A stretch of 64,000 nt of DNA, from positions 2,945 through 66,944 of the forward strand of contig JBAPUM010000112.1 in assembly GCA_049282655.1 (NCBI GenBank). Direction: 5' to 3'. The DNA comes from Xanthobacteraceae bacterium. GTDB taxonomy: Bacteria > Pseudomonadota > Alphaproteobacteria > Rhizobiales > Xanthobacteraceae. The notes under the pieces are model-generated. The model made no database searches, was not told the DNA's origin, and saw only the letters and a program-made list of their open reading frames with translations. The position numbers and the translations under genes are program-made. Positions 18,482 to 26,944 of this stretch are shown piece after piece (the first letter of the stretch is position 1; each line of letters starts with the position of its first letter).

Positions 18482-19345
18482 CTAGAAGCCTGCCACCGCC
18501 TCGAGCGTCTTGCCCGCTTGCGCCTGGCTGCGCCGAGTCGCTTCGATCCGTACAACGGCCTCCGGCGGCATCGCGATCTCCTTGGCAAATTCCGGACGCA
18601 TTGCGAGCTTCTCGGCCCAGACGGCCAGCCGCGGATGCAGCCGCGCCAACGGATAGCCGGCGAGCGAAAGCCGGTTGGCGTAGATGAACCAGGCGATATC
18701 GAGCACACTCACCGCATCGCCCATGAGATAGGCATGCTGCGCCAGTCGTTGGTCGAGCGCAGCGAACGCGGCGCGGAATTTTTGCGCCGAGGCGCGCGCC
18801 CTTTCATCGGGAAAGCCTTCGCGGGCCGCGCGTTCCCAGAACTCGATTTGGATTTCCTTTTCGCGATCCTTGGCGCCGCGCACGGTGCCCGAACCGTTCG
18901 CCGCATAGCGTTTGAGCGATTGTTCAGGCTTCGGCGGACCGGGCGGCGCGAACACAAAGCGGAAGCTCAAGGTGCGCAGATCGAGATGCAGATCATCCTC
19001 GTGCTTGAGCAGGGCCGCGACTTCGTTCTCGTGGCCGTCGGGAATGAGCTTCGGTTCCGGAAAAGTCTTTTCGAGATATTCGATGATGTCGTTGCTCTCG
19101 ATGTGCACGGCGCCGTCATGCACCAGCACGGGAACCAAACCCCGCGGATTGATGCCGAGAAACCACGGAGTGAAATTCTCGTTGCCATGCAGATCGATAG
19201 GATGCGATTGCCACGGAATGCCCTTGAGGTTGAGAAAGATGCGTAGCTTTTGCGAGCATGACGAACCCATGAAGTGCAACACGTGGATGCCTTTCCAGCC
19301 GAGCACTTCACGGGTCTCGATGTCGCTGTCGACAAGCTGAACCAT
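18482..19345 (-). CDS. glutathione S-transferase family protein
   Basis: Thioredoxin-like N-domain (SSCSQKLRIFL..GLVPVLVHDGAVHIESNDIIEYL) plus a helical C-domain. GAGGAAG SD. Starts 19 nt after the cytochrome c stop. Confidence 0.85.
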   Translation of the reverse strand: MVQLVDSDIETREVLGWKGIHVLHFMGSSCSQKLRIFLNLKGIPWQSHPIDLHGNENFTPWFLGINPRGLVPVLVHDGAVHIESNDIIEYLEKTFPEPKLIPDGHENEVAALLKHEDDLHLDLRTLSFRFVFAPPGPPKPEQSLKRYAANGSGTVRGAKDREKEIQIEFWERAAREGFPDERARASAQKFRAAFAALDQRLAQHAYLMGDAVSVLDIAWFIYANRLSLAGYPLARLHPRLAVWAEKLAMRPEFAKEIAMPPEAVVRIEATRRSQAQAGKTLEAVAGF

Positions 19346-19364
19346 ATTTCTTCCTCAAGGCAGC

Positions 19365-19859
19365 CTAGCGCTGCGCATTAAAATCCTGATTGGCAAAGGG
19401 TGATGCATCCGGTGTCTTGATGACGACGAAGGGATGATTGAGCGTGGCGTGGCAGCCGTTGCAGCCCTGGGTCAACTGATCGTAGGCGGCAGCGAATTTT
19501 TGCGGATCGCGCTGTTTGATCGCGGCCTCGATCGCGCCGAGCGGCGCCTTGAGCGCCGCATCGGCAAGCTCGCCGACCGGCAGCCCGGCGAAGCGCGGCT
19601 TCGCCTTGACGATGCCCGCAAAGGTTTCCCGGATTTCCGCCAGCGCGTAAGCGGCGAGCGGCCAATTTGCCGCCTGACCGGCGAGACCGAGCTTGGCGTG
19701 GCGCGGCTCGACAAACGTATTCATCAAGTCGCCCATCGACATCGTGTAAGGGGCAGGCGTCGCGTCTGCGGGCGGTACCGTCTGCGAGCGAGCCGAACCT
19801 GCGGCAGCAACGAGGAAGCCCGCTGCAAACAAAGTTATGAGGGCGGAATCTAGCTTCAT
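19365..19859 (-). CDS. class II c-type cytochrome (cytochrome c'/c-556-like), secreted
   Basis: Signal peptide MKLDSALITLFAAGFLVAAAGSARSQ. A single CNGCH haem motif close to the C-terminus, the class II hallmark. 164 aa. Confidence 0.8.
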   Translation of the reverse strand: MKLDSALITLFAAGFLVAAAGSARSQTVPPADATPAPYTMSMGDLMNTFVEPRHAKLGLAGQAANWPLAAYALAEIRETFAGIVKAKPRFAGLPVGELADAALKAPLGAIEAAIKQRDPQKFAAAYDQLTQGCNGCHATLNHPFVVIKTPDASPFANQDFNAQR

Positions 19860-19885
19860 GGTTCAAGTTCCCCTCGATAGCGCCT

Positions 19886-21538
19886 TTAATCCAGCGGTTC
19901 GAGACGCACGATTTCGGCGCCGTGATTGTTGCCCGCCCAGAACGTCGCCGGCTTGGTCGAAGTGTCGACAAAGACGCGGCGGATATTGGTCGGGCGCGGC
20001 AATAGATACTCCACCGAGCCACCGGTTTTCGGATCGAAGCGCAACACCCGATCGCTCGCCATGCCGCCACTCCACAATTCGCCGTTCTTGTCGCTGAACA
20101 CGTCGTAGGGAAAAGTATAGGGCGTCGGCACGTCCCACTCCTTGAATTTCTCCGCCGTGATATCGAACATCGCAAGCTTATCGGCGGCGAATTCGGTGAA
20201 CCACAGCCGCCCCTGACGGTCGAGCATACAGCGGCGCGGCCGGGATTTTGCCGTCGGCGTCGGATAGATCGTGGCCGCGCCGCTTGCGGCGTCGACCCGG
20301 CCGATATTCTGGTCGGCGAAATCCATGAAATAGAGATTGTTCTTGGCATCGGCCGCCATGCCGTAAGGCGCGTGCAGCCGCCCTTTCGGTAAAAGCGTGA
20401 ACGGATCGATGCGCTGATATTTGCCGCTCGCGAGATCGAGCCGCATGATCGACTGCCGCGCCACGTCGTTGGTCCACACCTTGCCGTCGACGCCCGCGGA
20501 GCGCGGCATCACCATCGATAGCTGCATGGCGTCGTCGTTCAAATCGCCATCCACCGGAAAAATCTTGAAGGTTTTGGTCTTCATGTCGAAGCGGGCAAGG
20601 GCCGCCTGAAACATCATGGCGAGCCATAGATTGCCGTCGGCATCGGCTTCGAGGTCGAGCGAGCCTGTCGGGGATCCCGGTTTGAGCACGGGAATCGGAT
20701 AGTCTCGGTTCGCGCCGGTCGTCGGATCCAGCTCGCCGATATCATTCTCGACAAAATTTGAATACCAGACATGCCCTGCGACATCGGTGCGCACGTCATG
20801 CGGCGCGATGGTCGGGCGCGGCAGAGCATATTCGGTGACGACGACACGGGTGGCGCGGCCCTTTGGGCGCGGCAGAGTTTGCAATTCGTAGTTCCAGGCG
20901 TCGTCGCCGCGGCCGTGTGCGCGGCTCAAATTGATCGTCGCCAGATAGGCGGCGAGCTTGCGCACCGACGTATCGCTGACCTCGCGCCGGGCAACGCGCG
21001 ACTGCACCCGCGCCGGAATCGAATTGTTGGCATATTGCGCCATGCGCTCGAGAACGGGAACGAATTCGTCGGCCGTGTAGGTCGAGCGCACGATGCGCTG
21101 GAAACTGTGGCAGCTCATGCATTCGATCAGCGGACGTTTGTCGTCAGCCGTGCCCGGCATGCTCATCAGCCATTCGGTGTTGGTGAGCTGTGCCGCAAGG
21201 TCGGAAGTTCTACGCAAGCTGATCGCGATATCGGCCGACGCGTCACCAACGTCGACGGCTTGCGGTCCGGCGAGGTCGTAACCGATGGCGCGGATGCGCA
21301 GCGTGTAGCGGCCGGGCGCGAGCCGACCATCCGGGAAGCGGAAGCGGCCCTTCTCGTCGCTGACGACTGAGACGGTAATCGGCGAACCCGACTTTTGCGC
21401 GCTGATCAGCACGCCCTCCATGGCGCCTTCCTCGGCGGACGTCACCGCGCCGGTCAGCGTTTGGGCACAGCAGGCGTCGGCCTCGATCAGGCTGAAGGCA
21501 AGCGCGATCACCGCGGCAAAGCAGATAGCCCGCGTCAT
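19886..21538 (-). CDS. secreted fusion protein: CarboxypepD_reg-like beta-sandwich + CxxCH haem-c segment + Vgb (virginiamycin B lyase)-like beta-propeller
   Basis: Signal peptide MTRAICFAAVIALAFSLIEADA (ATG 21538; the track uses GTG 21562). GAVTSAEEGAMEGVLISAQ..GRFRFPDGRLAPGRYTLR is a beta-sandwich. IECMSCHSF is a haem-c motif. At least five repeats follow of the type P.D...D..G.LW......IGR.D..TG....YP.P. Confidence 0.8.
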   Translation of the reverse strand: MTRAICFAAVIALAFSLIEADACCAQTLTGAVTSAEEGAMEGVLISAQKSGSPITVSVVSDEKGRFRFPDGRLAPGRYTLRIRAIGYDLAGPQAVDVGDASADIAISLRRTSDLAAQLTNTEWLMSMPGTADDKRPLIECMSCHSFQRIVRSTYTADEFVPVLERMAQYANNSIPARVQSRVARREVSDTSVRKLAAYLATINLSRAHGRGDDAWNYELQTLPRPKGRATRVVVTEYALPRPTIAPHDVRTDVAGHVWYSNFVENDIGELDPTTGANRDYPIPVLKPGSPTGSLDLEADADGNLWLAMMFQAALARFDMKTKTFKIFPVDGDLNDDAMQLSMVMPRSAGVDGKVWTNDVARQSIMRLDLASGKYQRIDPFTLLPKGRLHAPYGMAADAKNNLYFMDFADQNIGRVDAASGAATIYPTPTAKSRPRRCMLDRQGRLWFTEFAADKLAMFDITAEKFKEWDVPTPYTFPYDVFSDKNGELWSGGMASDRVLRFDPKTGGSVEYLLPRPTNIRRVFVDTSTKPATFWAGNNHGAEIVRLEPLD

Positions 21539-21540
21539 CG

Positions 21541-21942
21541 CTATTCTTTCTTTAAATTGCACCCGACTTCGACCGGATCGGTATTATCGCCGGCCGCATG
21601 GGGGCGGCGGACCACGTTATCCTGCTTGTAGCCGTCCTTGGCGCAGGAAATGTCGATGCTGTCGGGATCGACATTTTTGCCAAAGCCCGGAATTTTATAG
21701 ACGCCCATCCCGTTGCTGCGCGTCACGAGCGCGCCGCCCGCCTTCACGGTCGCCGTCACCTTGGCGTCGGGCACGGCCGAACCAGAGTCGTCGCGGACGA
21801 AGCCGAAAAAATACGGTCCCTGGTCGGAATTGTTGTCGTTATCGTCGCCAAAATTCACGCCGCCGGCCTGCGCCGGCGCAAGCCCGGCGAGCGCCGATAT
21901 CAGAACTAAAGCTAGAAAAACGCCCGCGCGATTGACTGTCAT
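21541..21942 (-). CDS. small secreted CarboxypepD_reg-like (beta-sandwich) protein
   Basis: The track ORF (to 22203) is over-extended. ATG 21942 has GAGG upstream and gives the signal peptide MTVNRAGVFLALVLISALAGLAPAQA, then GFVRDDSGSAVPDAKVTATVKAGGALVTRSNGMGVYKIPG. Confidence 0.7.
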   Translation of the reverse strand: MTVNRAGVFLALVLISALAGLAPAQAGGVNFGDDNDNNSDQGPYFFGFVRDDSGSAVPDAKVTATVKAGGALVTRSNGMGVYKIPGFGKNVDPDSIDISCAKDGYKQDNVVRRPHAAGDNTDPVEVGCNLKKE

Positions 21943-21950
21943 ACGCCGCC

Positions 21951-22289
21951 TCAATGCGTGAAATACCCGCTCAACAGATGCGCGATCGCCGCGAGCGAAC
22001 CGAGCGGCACGAGCCACGCCAGACCGGACCACAGCCGGCGGCCGATACTTCCCGGCAAATAGCACACGATGAGTCCGGCGATGGCCGCAATGATCGCCGA
22101 GGTCGCGATCCAGCCATACCAATACATCGTCGGGCCGGCCGATGCCGCATGGTTGAAGAGGGTCCATTCGCCGACCGCCGGGCCATAGGAGAACAGCGGC
22201 CAATTATTGGTCAGCACGACGTAATAGACCGCTGCATAGACCGCCGCGAAGGTGACGGCAAAAACGCCGAACCTATTGTTCGTGCTCAT
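21951..22289 (-). CDS. small polytopic membrane protein (about 3 TM), hypothetical
   Basis: 112 aa, Trp/Tyr-rich TM segments. Its ATG overlaps the upstream stop (ATGA at 22286..22289). Confidence 0.65.
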   Translation of the reverse strand: MSTNNRFGVFAVTFAAVYAAVYYVVLTNNWPLFSYGPAVGEWTLFNHAASAGPTMYWYGWIATSAIIAAIAGLIVCYLPGSIGRRLWSGLAWLVPLGSLAAIAHLLSGYFTH

Positions 22290-22750
22290 GTGCCCAGCCC
22301 GCGAATATTATTGACCACGTGGCCGGCGAGAAATGCCCACCAGGCGATGAAGGCGATGAGCGTGGTCAGGAGTTTGCGCGTGACCGCATCCTTGGCATCG
22401 AGCGGCTGCCGCCAGAACCACCAATAGGCGGGCAGCATCGCAAGCCCGATGGCGATGAAATGTTCCTTGAGCTCGAAGGCCCCGAACGATTTCCAGTAGT
22501 GGCCTTGCTCGAGCGTCAGCCGGGCCGTGATGCGGTAATTGGTGTAGAGGACGCTGCCGAGCGCTGCGGTGGCGCAGTACAGCACGATAATGGCGTTGAC
22601 GTAGTTGGCCGAGCCGACCGCGCGGAAGCGGGCGACGAAATTACCGGCCGCGGCGCGCACCGGCGCCCAGATGCTCACGACTTGGTGGGTGATCGCGCCC
22701 AATAAGAGGAACGCCAATAGCCCATGCGTGATGACCAGCGCAATCCACAT
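22286..22750 (-). CDS. 4-TM membrane protein with conserved-looking intramembrane histidines, hypothetical
   Basis: ATG 22750 is preceded by GGGGAGG (the track ORF starts at 22798). TM1 WIALVITHGLLAFLLLGAITHQVV contains two His. Further His lie next to TM3 (KEHFIAIG) and in TM4 (FLAGHVVNN). Confidence 0.65.
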   Translation of the reverse strand: MWIALVITHGLLAFLLLGAITHQVVSIWAPVRAAAGNFVARFRAVGSANYVNAIIVLYCATAALGSVLYTNYRITARLTLEQGHYWKSFGAFELKEHFIAIGLAMLPAYWWFWRQPLDAKDAVTRKLLTTLIAFIAWWAFLAGHVVNNIRGLGT

Positions 22751-22880
22751 CTTGCCTCCCCGACCTGCCATTGCGGCGTCCTCTGCGGGACGCTTCATTC
22801 ACGCGCAATTGTAGCGCAGGCGCCGGCGGTCGACAATTTCAACCCGTGAGTTTTCGGAACACTGCAGCCGCCGTACGGCG

Positions 22881-23867
22881 TCAAACATAGACGCTCTTCA
22901 TCTGCGCCTCCGGATAGCGCAGACCCGCGGCAGCGCCGACCGGGATGGCGGCGGAAATCTGCGCAAGATCGTCGGCGGTCAGATCGACGGCAAGCGCGCC
23001 GATATTCTCCAAGAGTCTTTCTTTGTGCTTGGTGCCGGGAATTGGCACGATGTCTTTGCCTTGCGCCAGCACCCAGGCCAGCGCGAGCTGCCCGGGCGTG
23101 CATTTCTTCTGGCGCGATAGTTCGCCGATGCGTTGAACGAGCGTCAAATTGCGATCGAGATTTTCCGGGGCGAAGCGCGGATGGCGGCGGCGGGCGTCGG
23201 TCTCCGCCAGTTCGATCCCGCCGGTGAGAAGACCGCGGCCGAGCGGCGAATAAGCCACGAAGGCGATGTTCAGCTCCCGCGTGGTGCGAAAGGTCTCCTC
23301 GGCGTCGGAGCGGTATAGCAACGAGAATTCGTTCTGCACGGCGGCGATGGGATGCACCGCGTGGCCGCGGCGGACGGTCTTCGGGCTCGCCTCGCTCAAG
23401 CCGAGCGCTCGCACCTTGCCGTCCTTGACGAGTTTCGCCATGGCGCCGACCGTGTCCTCGATCGGCACCGACGGATCGATACGATGTTGATAATAGAGGT
23501 CGATCACCTCGACACCCAAACGCTTGAGGCTCGCCTCGCACGAACTGATGACAAACTCGGGACGGCCGTCGGCGAATTTGCCGTCCCGCCCGCCAAGATT
23601 GCCGAACTTTGTCGCCAGCACCACGCCGGCGCGACGCCCTTTGATGGCTTTGCCGACCAGCGTCTCGTTATGGCCGGCCCCATAGGCATCCGATGTATCG
23701 AGCATGGTGATGCCACGATCGAGCGCCTCATGGATGAGCGCGATACCGTCGGCGTCGCCGACCGTGCCATAAATTCCGGACAGCGACATGCAGCCGAGCC
23801 CGATGGCGGAAACCGCAATGCCGGACGAACCGAGGATGCGCGTCGGAAGATTATTCGCTTGGGTCAT
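22881..23867 (-). CDS. aldo/keto reductase
   Basis: 328 aa. [22 protein letters not shown] and YYQHRID motifs of the AKR superfamily. Confidence 0.92.
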   Translation of the reverse strand: MTQANNLPTRILGSSGIAVSAIGLGCMSLSGIYGTVGDADGIALIHEALDRGITMLDTSDAYGAGHNETLVGKAIKGRRAGVVLATKFGNLGGRDGKFADGRPEFVISSCEASLKRLGVEVIDLYYQHRIDPSVPIEDTVGAMAKLVKDGKVRALGLSEASPKTVRRGHAVHPIAAVQNEFSLLYRSDAEETFRTTRELNIAFVAYSPLGRGLLTGGIELAETDARRRHPRFAPENLDRNLTLVQRIGELSRQKKCTPGQLALAWVLAQGKDIVPIPGTKHKERLLENIGALAVDLTADDLAQISAAIPVGAAAGLRYPEAQMKSVYV

Positions 23868-24018
23868 TGTGCTGCTCTCATTGCGGCGTTCTACAGCGCC
23901 TTGCTACGGCCAGGGTTATAGCCGATGGCAATTGGCGTGTCGGCAGCAATAACGCGGAGCCGCCCAGCGGAAACCGCCGGCTGGCCCGCGAAAAAATGTA
24001 GGCTCGCCCGATGTCGCG

Positions 24019-24162
24019 TCAGGCCGCGCGGTCGAACTCGCGATCGAGCCGGGCTTCGGTGAATTCGCGCGGCTTATCGCGGCGTGCGGTAAGCATGCAC
24101 CCGAAGCTTATGAACGCGAAAATGACGGCGATATCGAGCCACAGAACGGCGTCAACAGCCAT
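24019..24162 (-). CDS. 47-aa single-TM hypothetical protein (below the ORF-track cutoff)
   Basis: Hand-translated: MAVDAVLWLDIAVIFAFISFGCMLTARRDKPREFTEARLDREFDRAA. GAGGA lies 4 nt upstream of the ATG. Third-codon positions are mostly G/C, as in neighbouring genes. Confidence 0.35.
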   Translation of the reverse strand: MAVDAVLWLDIAVIFAFISFGCMLTARRDKPREFTEARLDREFDRAA

Positions 24163-24431
24163 GACGTCCTCATCGTGTCGTCGCATGGCCGCCCCGACCT
24201 AGTTAACCGCGTCGCGACGGGAAGGCTCCGGGATCGGTTGTCGCAGGAATGAAATGTCGCAGGGCGAGGGGGAGAAGTTCCCAAATCGTGGCCCGGCCGC
24301 GGTCGAATTGTTGCATCCGAGGCGATAGATTGGGTAGAGGGGAGCAGGCGCGGCCCTGAGGCGGTTTTGTACTGTTTGGCGCCTAGTCTGGGCTGTTCGA
24401 AACTGCAGCGCGTTCACGATCAGGAAGACCG

Positions 24432-24710
24432 ATGGTTACCGACAATAAAAAAGTCAAAGCCGACCCGGCCCCAAAAAGCGGGGCCGCCGCAAAGGACAAG
24501 AACACTGCGGTCGCGGATGGGGCCAAAGCCGAGACCAAGGCCAGCGAGACTAAGGCTGAAACCAAGACCGAGACCAAGCCCGATGCGGGCGAGTCGGCCG
24601 CAGCCCCGTCCAGTTACAGCCGGGGCGAGGGCCAGAAACCCGTCACCGCCGCCTATAAGGAAAACTGGAACGCGATCTTCGGGAAGAAGAGCAAGAAGAA
24701 AAAGCGATAA
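24432..24710 (+). CDS. small Lys/Ala/Glu-rich low-complexity protein, hypothetical
   Basis: 92 aa, AGGAAG SD. Repeats KAETKASETKAETKTETKP. Ordered-looking tail YSRGEGQKPVTAAYKENWNAIFGKKSKKKKR. Confidence 0.6.
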   Translation: MVTDNKKVKADPAPKSGAAAKDKNTAVADGAKAETKASETKAETKTETKPDAGESAAAPSSYSRGEGQKPVTAAYKENWNAIFGKKSKKKKR

Positions 24711-24741
24711 TCCGCGTACCGGCGGATAAGCGAGCGACCTA

Positions 24742-25980
24742 TTACCACTCCGCCGCGCGTACGTGTCGCGTCAGCGCCCAAATGACGAAGGCGACGCAGC
24801 CCATGGTCGCCACCACGGCGGCGACCGGCCAGGCGGAATGGCCGAGATAAAGCCCGATGCAGCCCGCGGCGAGGGCGGCGCTCGATTGCTGGGCAAACCC
24901 CATCAGCGACGACGCCGTACCGGCGCGATCGGGGAACGGCGTCAGCGCGCCCGCCATCGCCATCGGCAGCGCAAAGCCCAAGCCGGCGAGATAGATCGTC
25001 ATCGCCCCGACGAACCAGAGGACGTTGGTCAATCCGAGCGCGACCACCGCGGCCATGATCAAGCCGCCGATGGCGAGGGTCGCGCAGCCGATCCCCATGG
25101 TGCGGTCGAGGCCGAGACGGATGACGATGCGCGCGGCGATATAGGCGCCGACCATGTAGCCCGCCGCACCGATGGCGAACGTCACGCCGAAAACGAGCGG
25201 CGAGAGGCCATAGACCGAGCCCTGCATCACGATCGGCGCGCCCGACACCCAGGCGAACAGGCCGACAAACGTCGTGGTCAGAATGCCGAGATTGGCAAGA
25301 AAGCCGCGATGCACCAGCACCGAGCGATAAAGCCCGGCCATGCCGGCGAACGAGAATCGCCCCGCCGGGCTTTCTTTCAGCGTCTCCGGCAGAAGGAACG
25401 CCGCGGCCGCGCCCGACACCCCGGCGAAGAGGACCAGCAGGACGAAAATCGCGCGCCAGCCGAACACGGTCTGCAATACGCCGCCGATCATCGGCGCGAC
25501 GATCGGCGCGAACGCTGTGATCGATCCCATCAGTGACAATTCGCGCCCGGCGCGAGCACCGGAATAGAGGTCGCGCACGACGGCGCGCGCCAGGACGATC
25601 GAGCCCGCGCCGCCGAGCGCCTGAATGAAACGCGCGGCGATCAACTCGTGGATCGATTGCGCCGAGGCGCAGGCGACCGTCGCCGCGGCGTAGAGCACCA
25701 GCGCCACCAGCAGCACCGGCTTGCGGCCCAAACGGTCCGAGATCGGACCATAGAAAATCTGGCCGACCGCAAAGCCGAACAGGTAACTCGAAATGGTCAG
25801 CTGCACATTCAGCACCGGCGCCTGCAGCGAGCGAGCGATGTCCGGCAGCGACGGCAGATACATGTCCATCGACAACGGGCCGAGCGCGGTCAGAAACGAC
25901 AGCAACAGAGTCAGCGCGAACGTGCCGGGAGTGAGCATTGGCAATTTACTAAGAATTTCGCCGGTGGCCGCAAGCTCCAT
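24742..25980 (-). CDS. MFS transporter, Bcr/CflA drug-resistance subfamily
   Basis: 412 aa, 12 predicted TM. N-terminal LSMDMYLPSLPDIARSL is typical of Bcr/CflA. Confidence 0.9.
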   Translation of the reverse strand: MELAATGEILSKLPMLTPGTFALTLLLSFLTALGPLSMDMYLPSLPDIARSLQAPVLNVQLTISSYLFGFAVGQIFYGPISDRLGRKPVLLVALVLYAAATVACASAQSIHELIAARFIQALGGAGSIVLARAVVRDLYSGARAGRELSLMGSITAFAPIVAPMIGGVLQTVFGWRAIFVLLVLFAGVSGAAAAFLLPETLKESPAGRFSFAGMAGLYRSVLVHRGFLANLGILTTTFVGLFAWVSGAPIVMQGSVYGLSPLVFGVTFAIGAAGYMVGAYIAARIVIRLGLDRTMGIGCATLAIGGLIMAAVVALGLTNVLWFVGAMTIYLAGLGFALPMAMAGALTPFPDRAGTASSLMGFAQQSSAALAAGCIGLYLGHSAWPVAAVVATMGCVAFVIWALTRHVRAAEW

Positions 25981-26117
25981 GCTTGCGATGAAGGGGCGTT
26001 CCTACTCTTCAGTGGCCGGCCCGCATAGGGACTTCCATTGCCCGCATGAGAGCTATGCCGGAAAATCCACTGACGGCGGTATCGGCAAACCCGCCGGCAC
26101 GCCAATCGCCCGCGGCC

Positions 26118-26924
26118 TCACTCGGAGGGCGGGCGCCAACCCTGCTTGGCGAGCTGGATTTGCGAATAAATGTGCTTGCGCAACTCGCCGAACCGAGGCA
26201 TCGACCGGGTTTCCAGCTGCGTGCGCTCATCCGGCAGGTCGATGGTCACGTCTTCCATGATGACCGTCGGCGCGTGCGACATCACCAGGACACGCTCGCC
26301 GAGATAGACCGACTCGTCGATGTCGTGGGTGACAAACAGCACCGTCACCCGCAGCCGGTGCCATAACACCCGGATCAGATCCTCGAGATCGGCGCGCGTC
26401 TGCGCGTCGACAGCAGCGAACGGCTCGTCCATCAACAGCACATGCGGCTCGTAGGCGACCGCGCGGGCGATGGCAACGCGCTGCTGCATACCGCCCGAGA
26501 GCTGCCAGGGATAGGCGCCGTCGACGCCCGAAAGATCGACGGCGGACAATGCATCGCGCACCAGTTCTTCACGCCGCTCCGCGGGAAGCTTCTTCTGCTT
26601 CAACGGCAGTGCCACATTGTCATGCACGGTCATCCACGGAAACAGGCTGCGGCCGTATTCCTGGAACACAACCGCCATGGCCGGCGGCGGACCGATAACC
26701 GGCGTTCCTTCCACGACGACGGCGCCGGCCGTCGGCGCCATTAGTCCGGCAATGCATTTGAGCAGCGTGGTCTTGCCGGCACCCGACGGGCCGACAATGC
26801 AAACAAGCTCGCCTTGGCCGACGCTAAAGCTGACGTCGCGGATCGCCTCGACGGTGCGGCTCGCGTCCTCGTAGACTTTGCGCAGCCCCTTCACTTCGAG
26901 CATGGATTTGACCGCTCGATCCAT
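26118..26924 (-). CDS. ABC transporter ATP-binding protein (NitT/TauT type)
   Basis: Walker A GPSGAGKTT, signature LSGGMQQRVAIARAV, Walker B LLMDEPFAAVD, VTHDIDES. Confidence 0.92.
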   Translation of the reverse strand: MDRAVKSMLEVKGLRKVYEDASRTVEAIRDVSFSVGQGELVCIVGPSGAGKTTLLKCIAGLMAPTAGAVVVEGTPVIGPPPAMAVVFQEYGRSLFPWMTVHDNVALPLKQKKLPAERREELVRDALSAVDLSGVDGAYPWQLSGGMQQRVAIARAVAYEPHVLLMDEPFAAVDAQTRADLEDLIRVLWHRLRVTVLFVTHDIDESVYLGERVLVMSHAPTVIMEDVTIDLPDERTQLETRSMPRFGELRKHIYSQIQLAKQGWRPPSE

Positions 26925-26944
26925 CGATCCCTCAAAAAGCTCGC

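Noticed and set aside
24710-24727. ATCCGC-GTACCG-GCGGAT hairpin overlapping the stop of the Lys-rich protein gene, between convergent genes.
   Set aside because: Only a 6-bp stem and no U-tract. Too weak to call a terminator.
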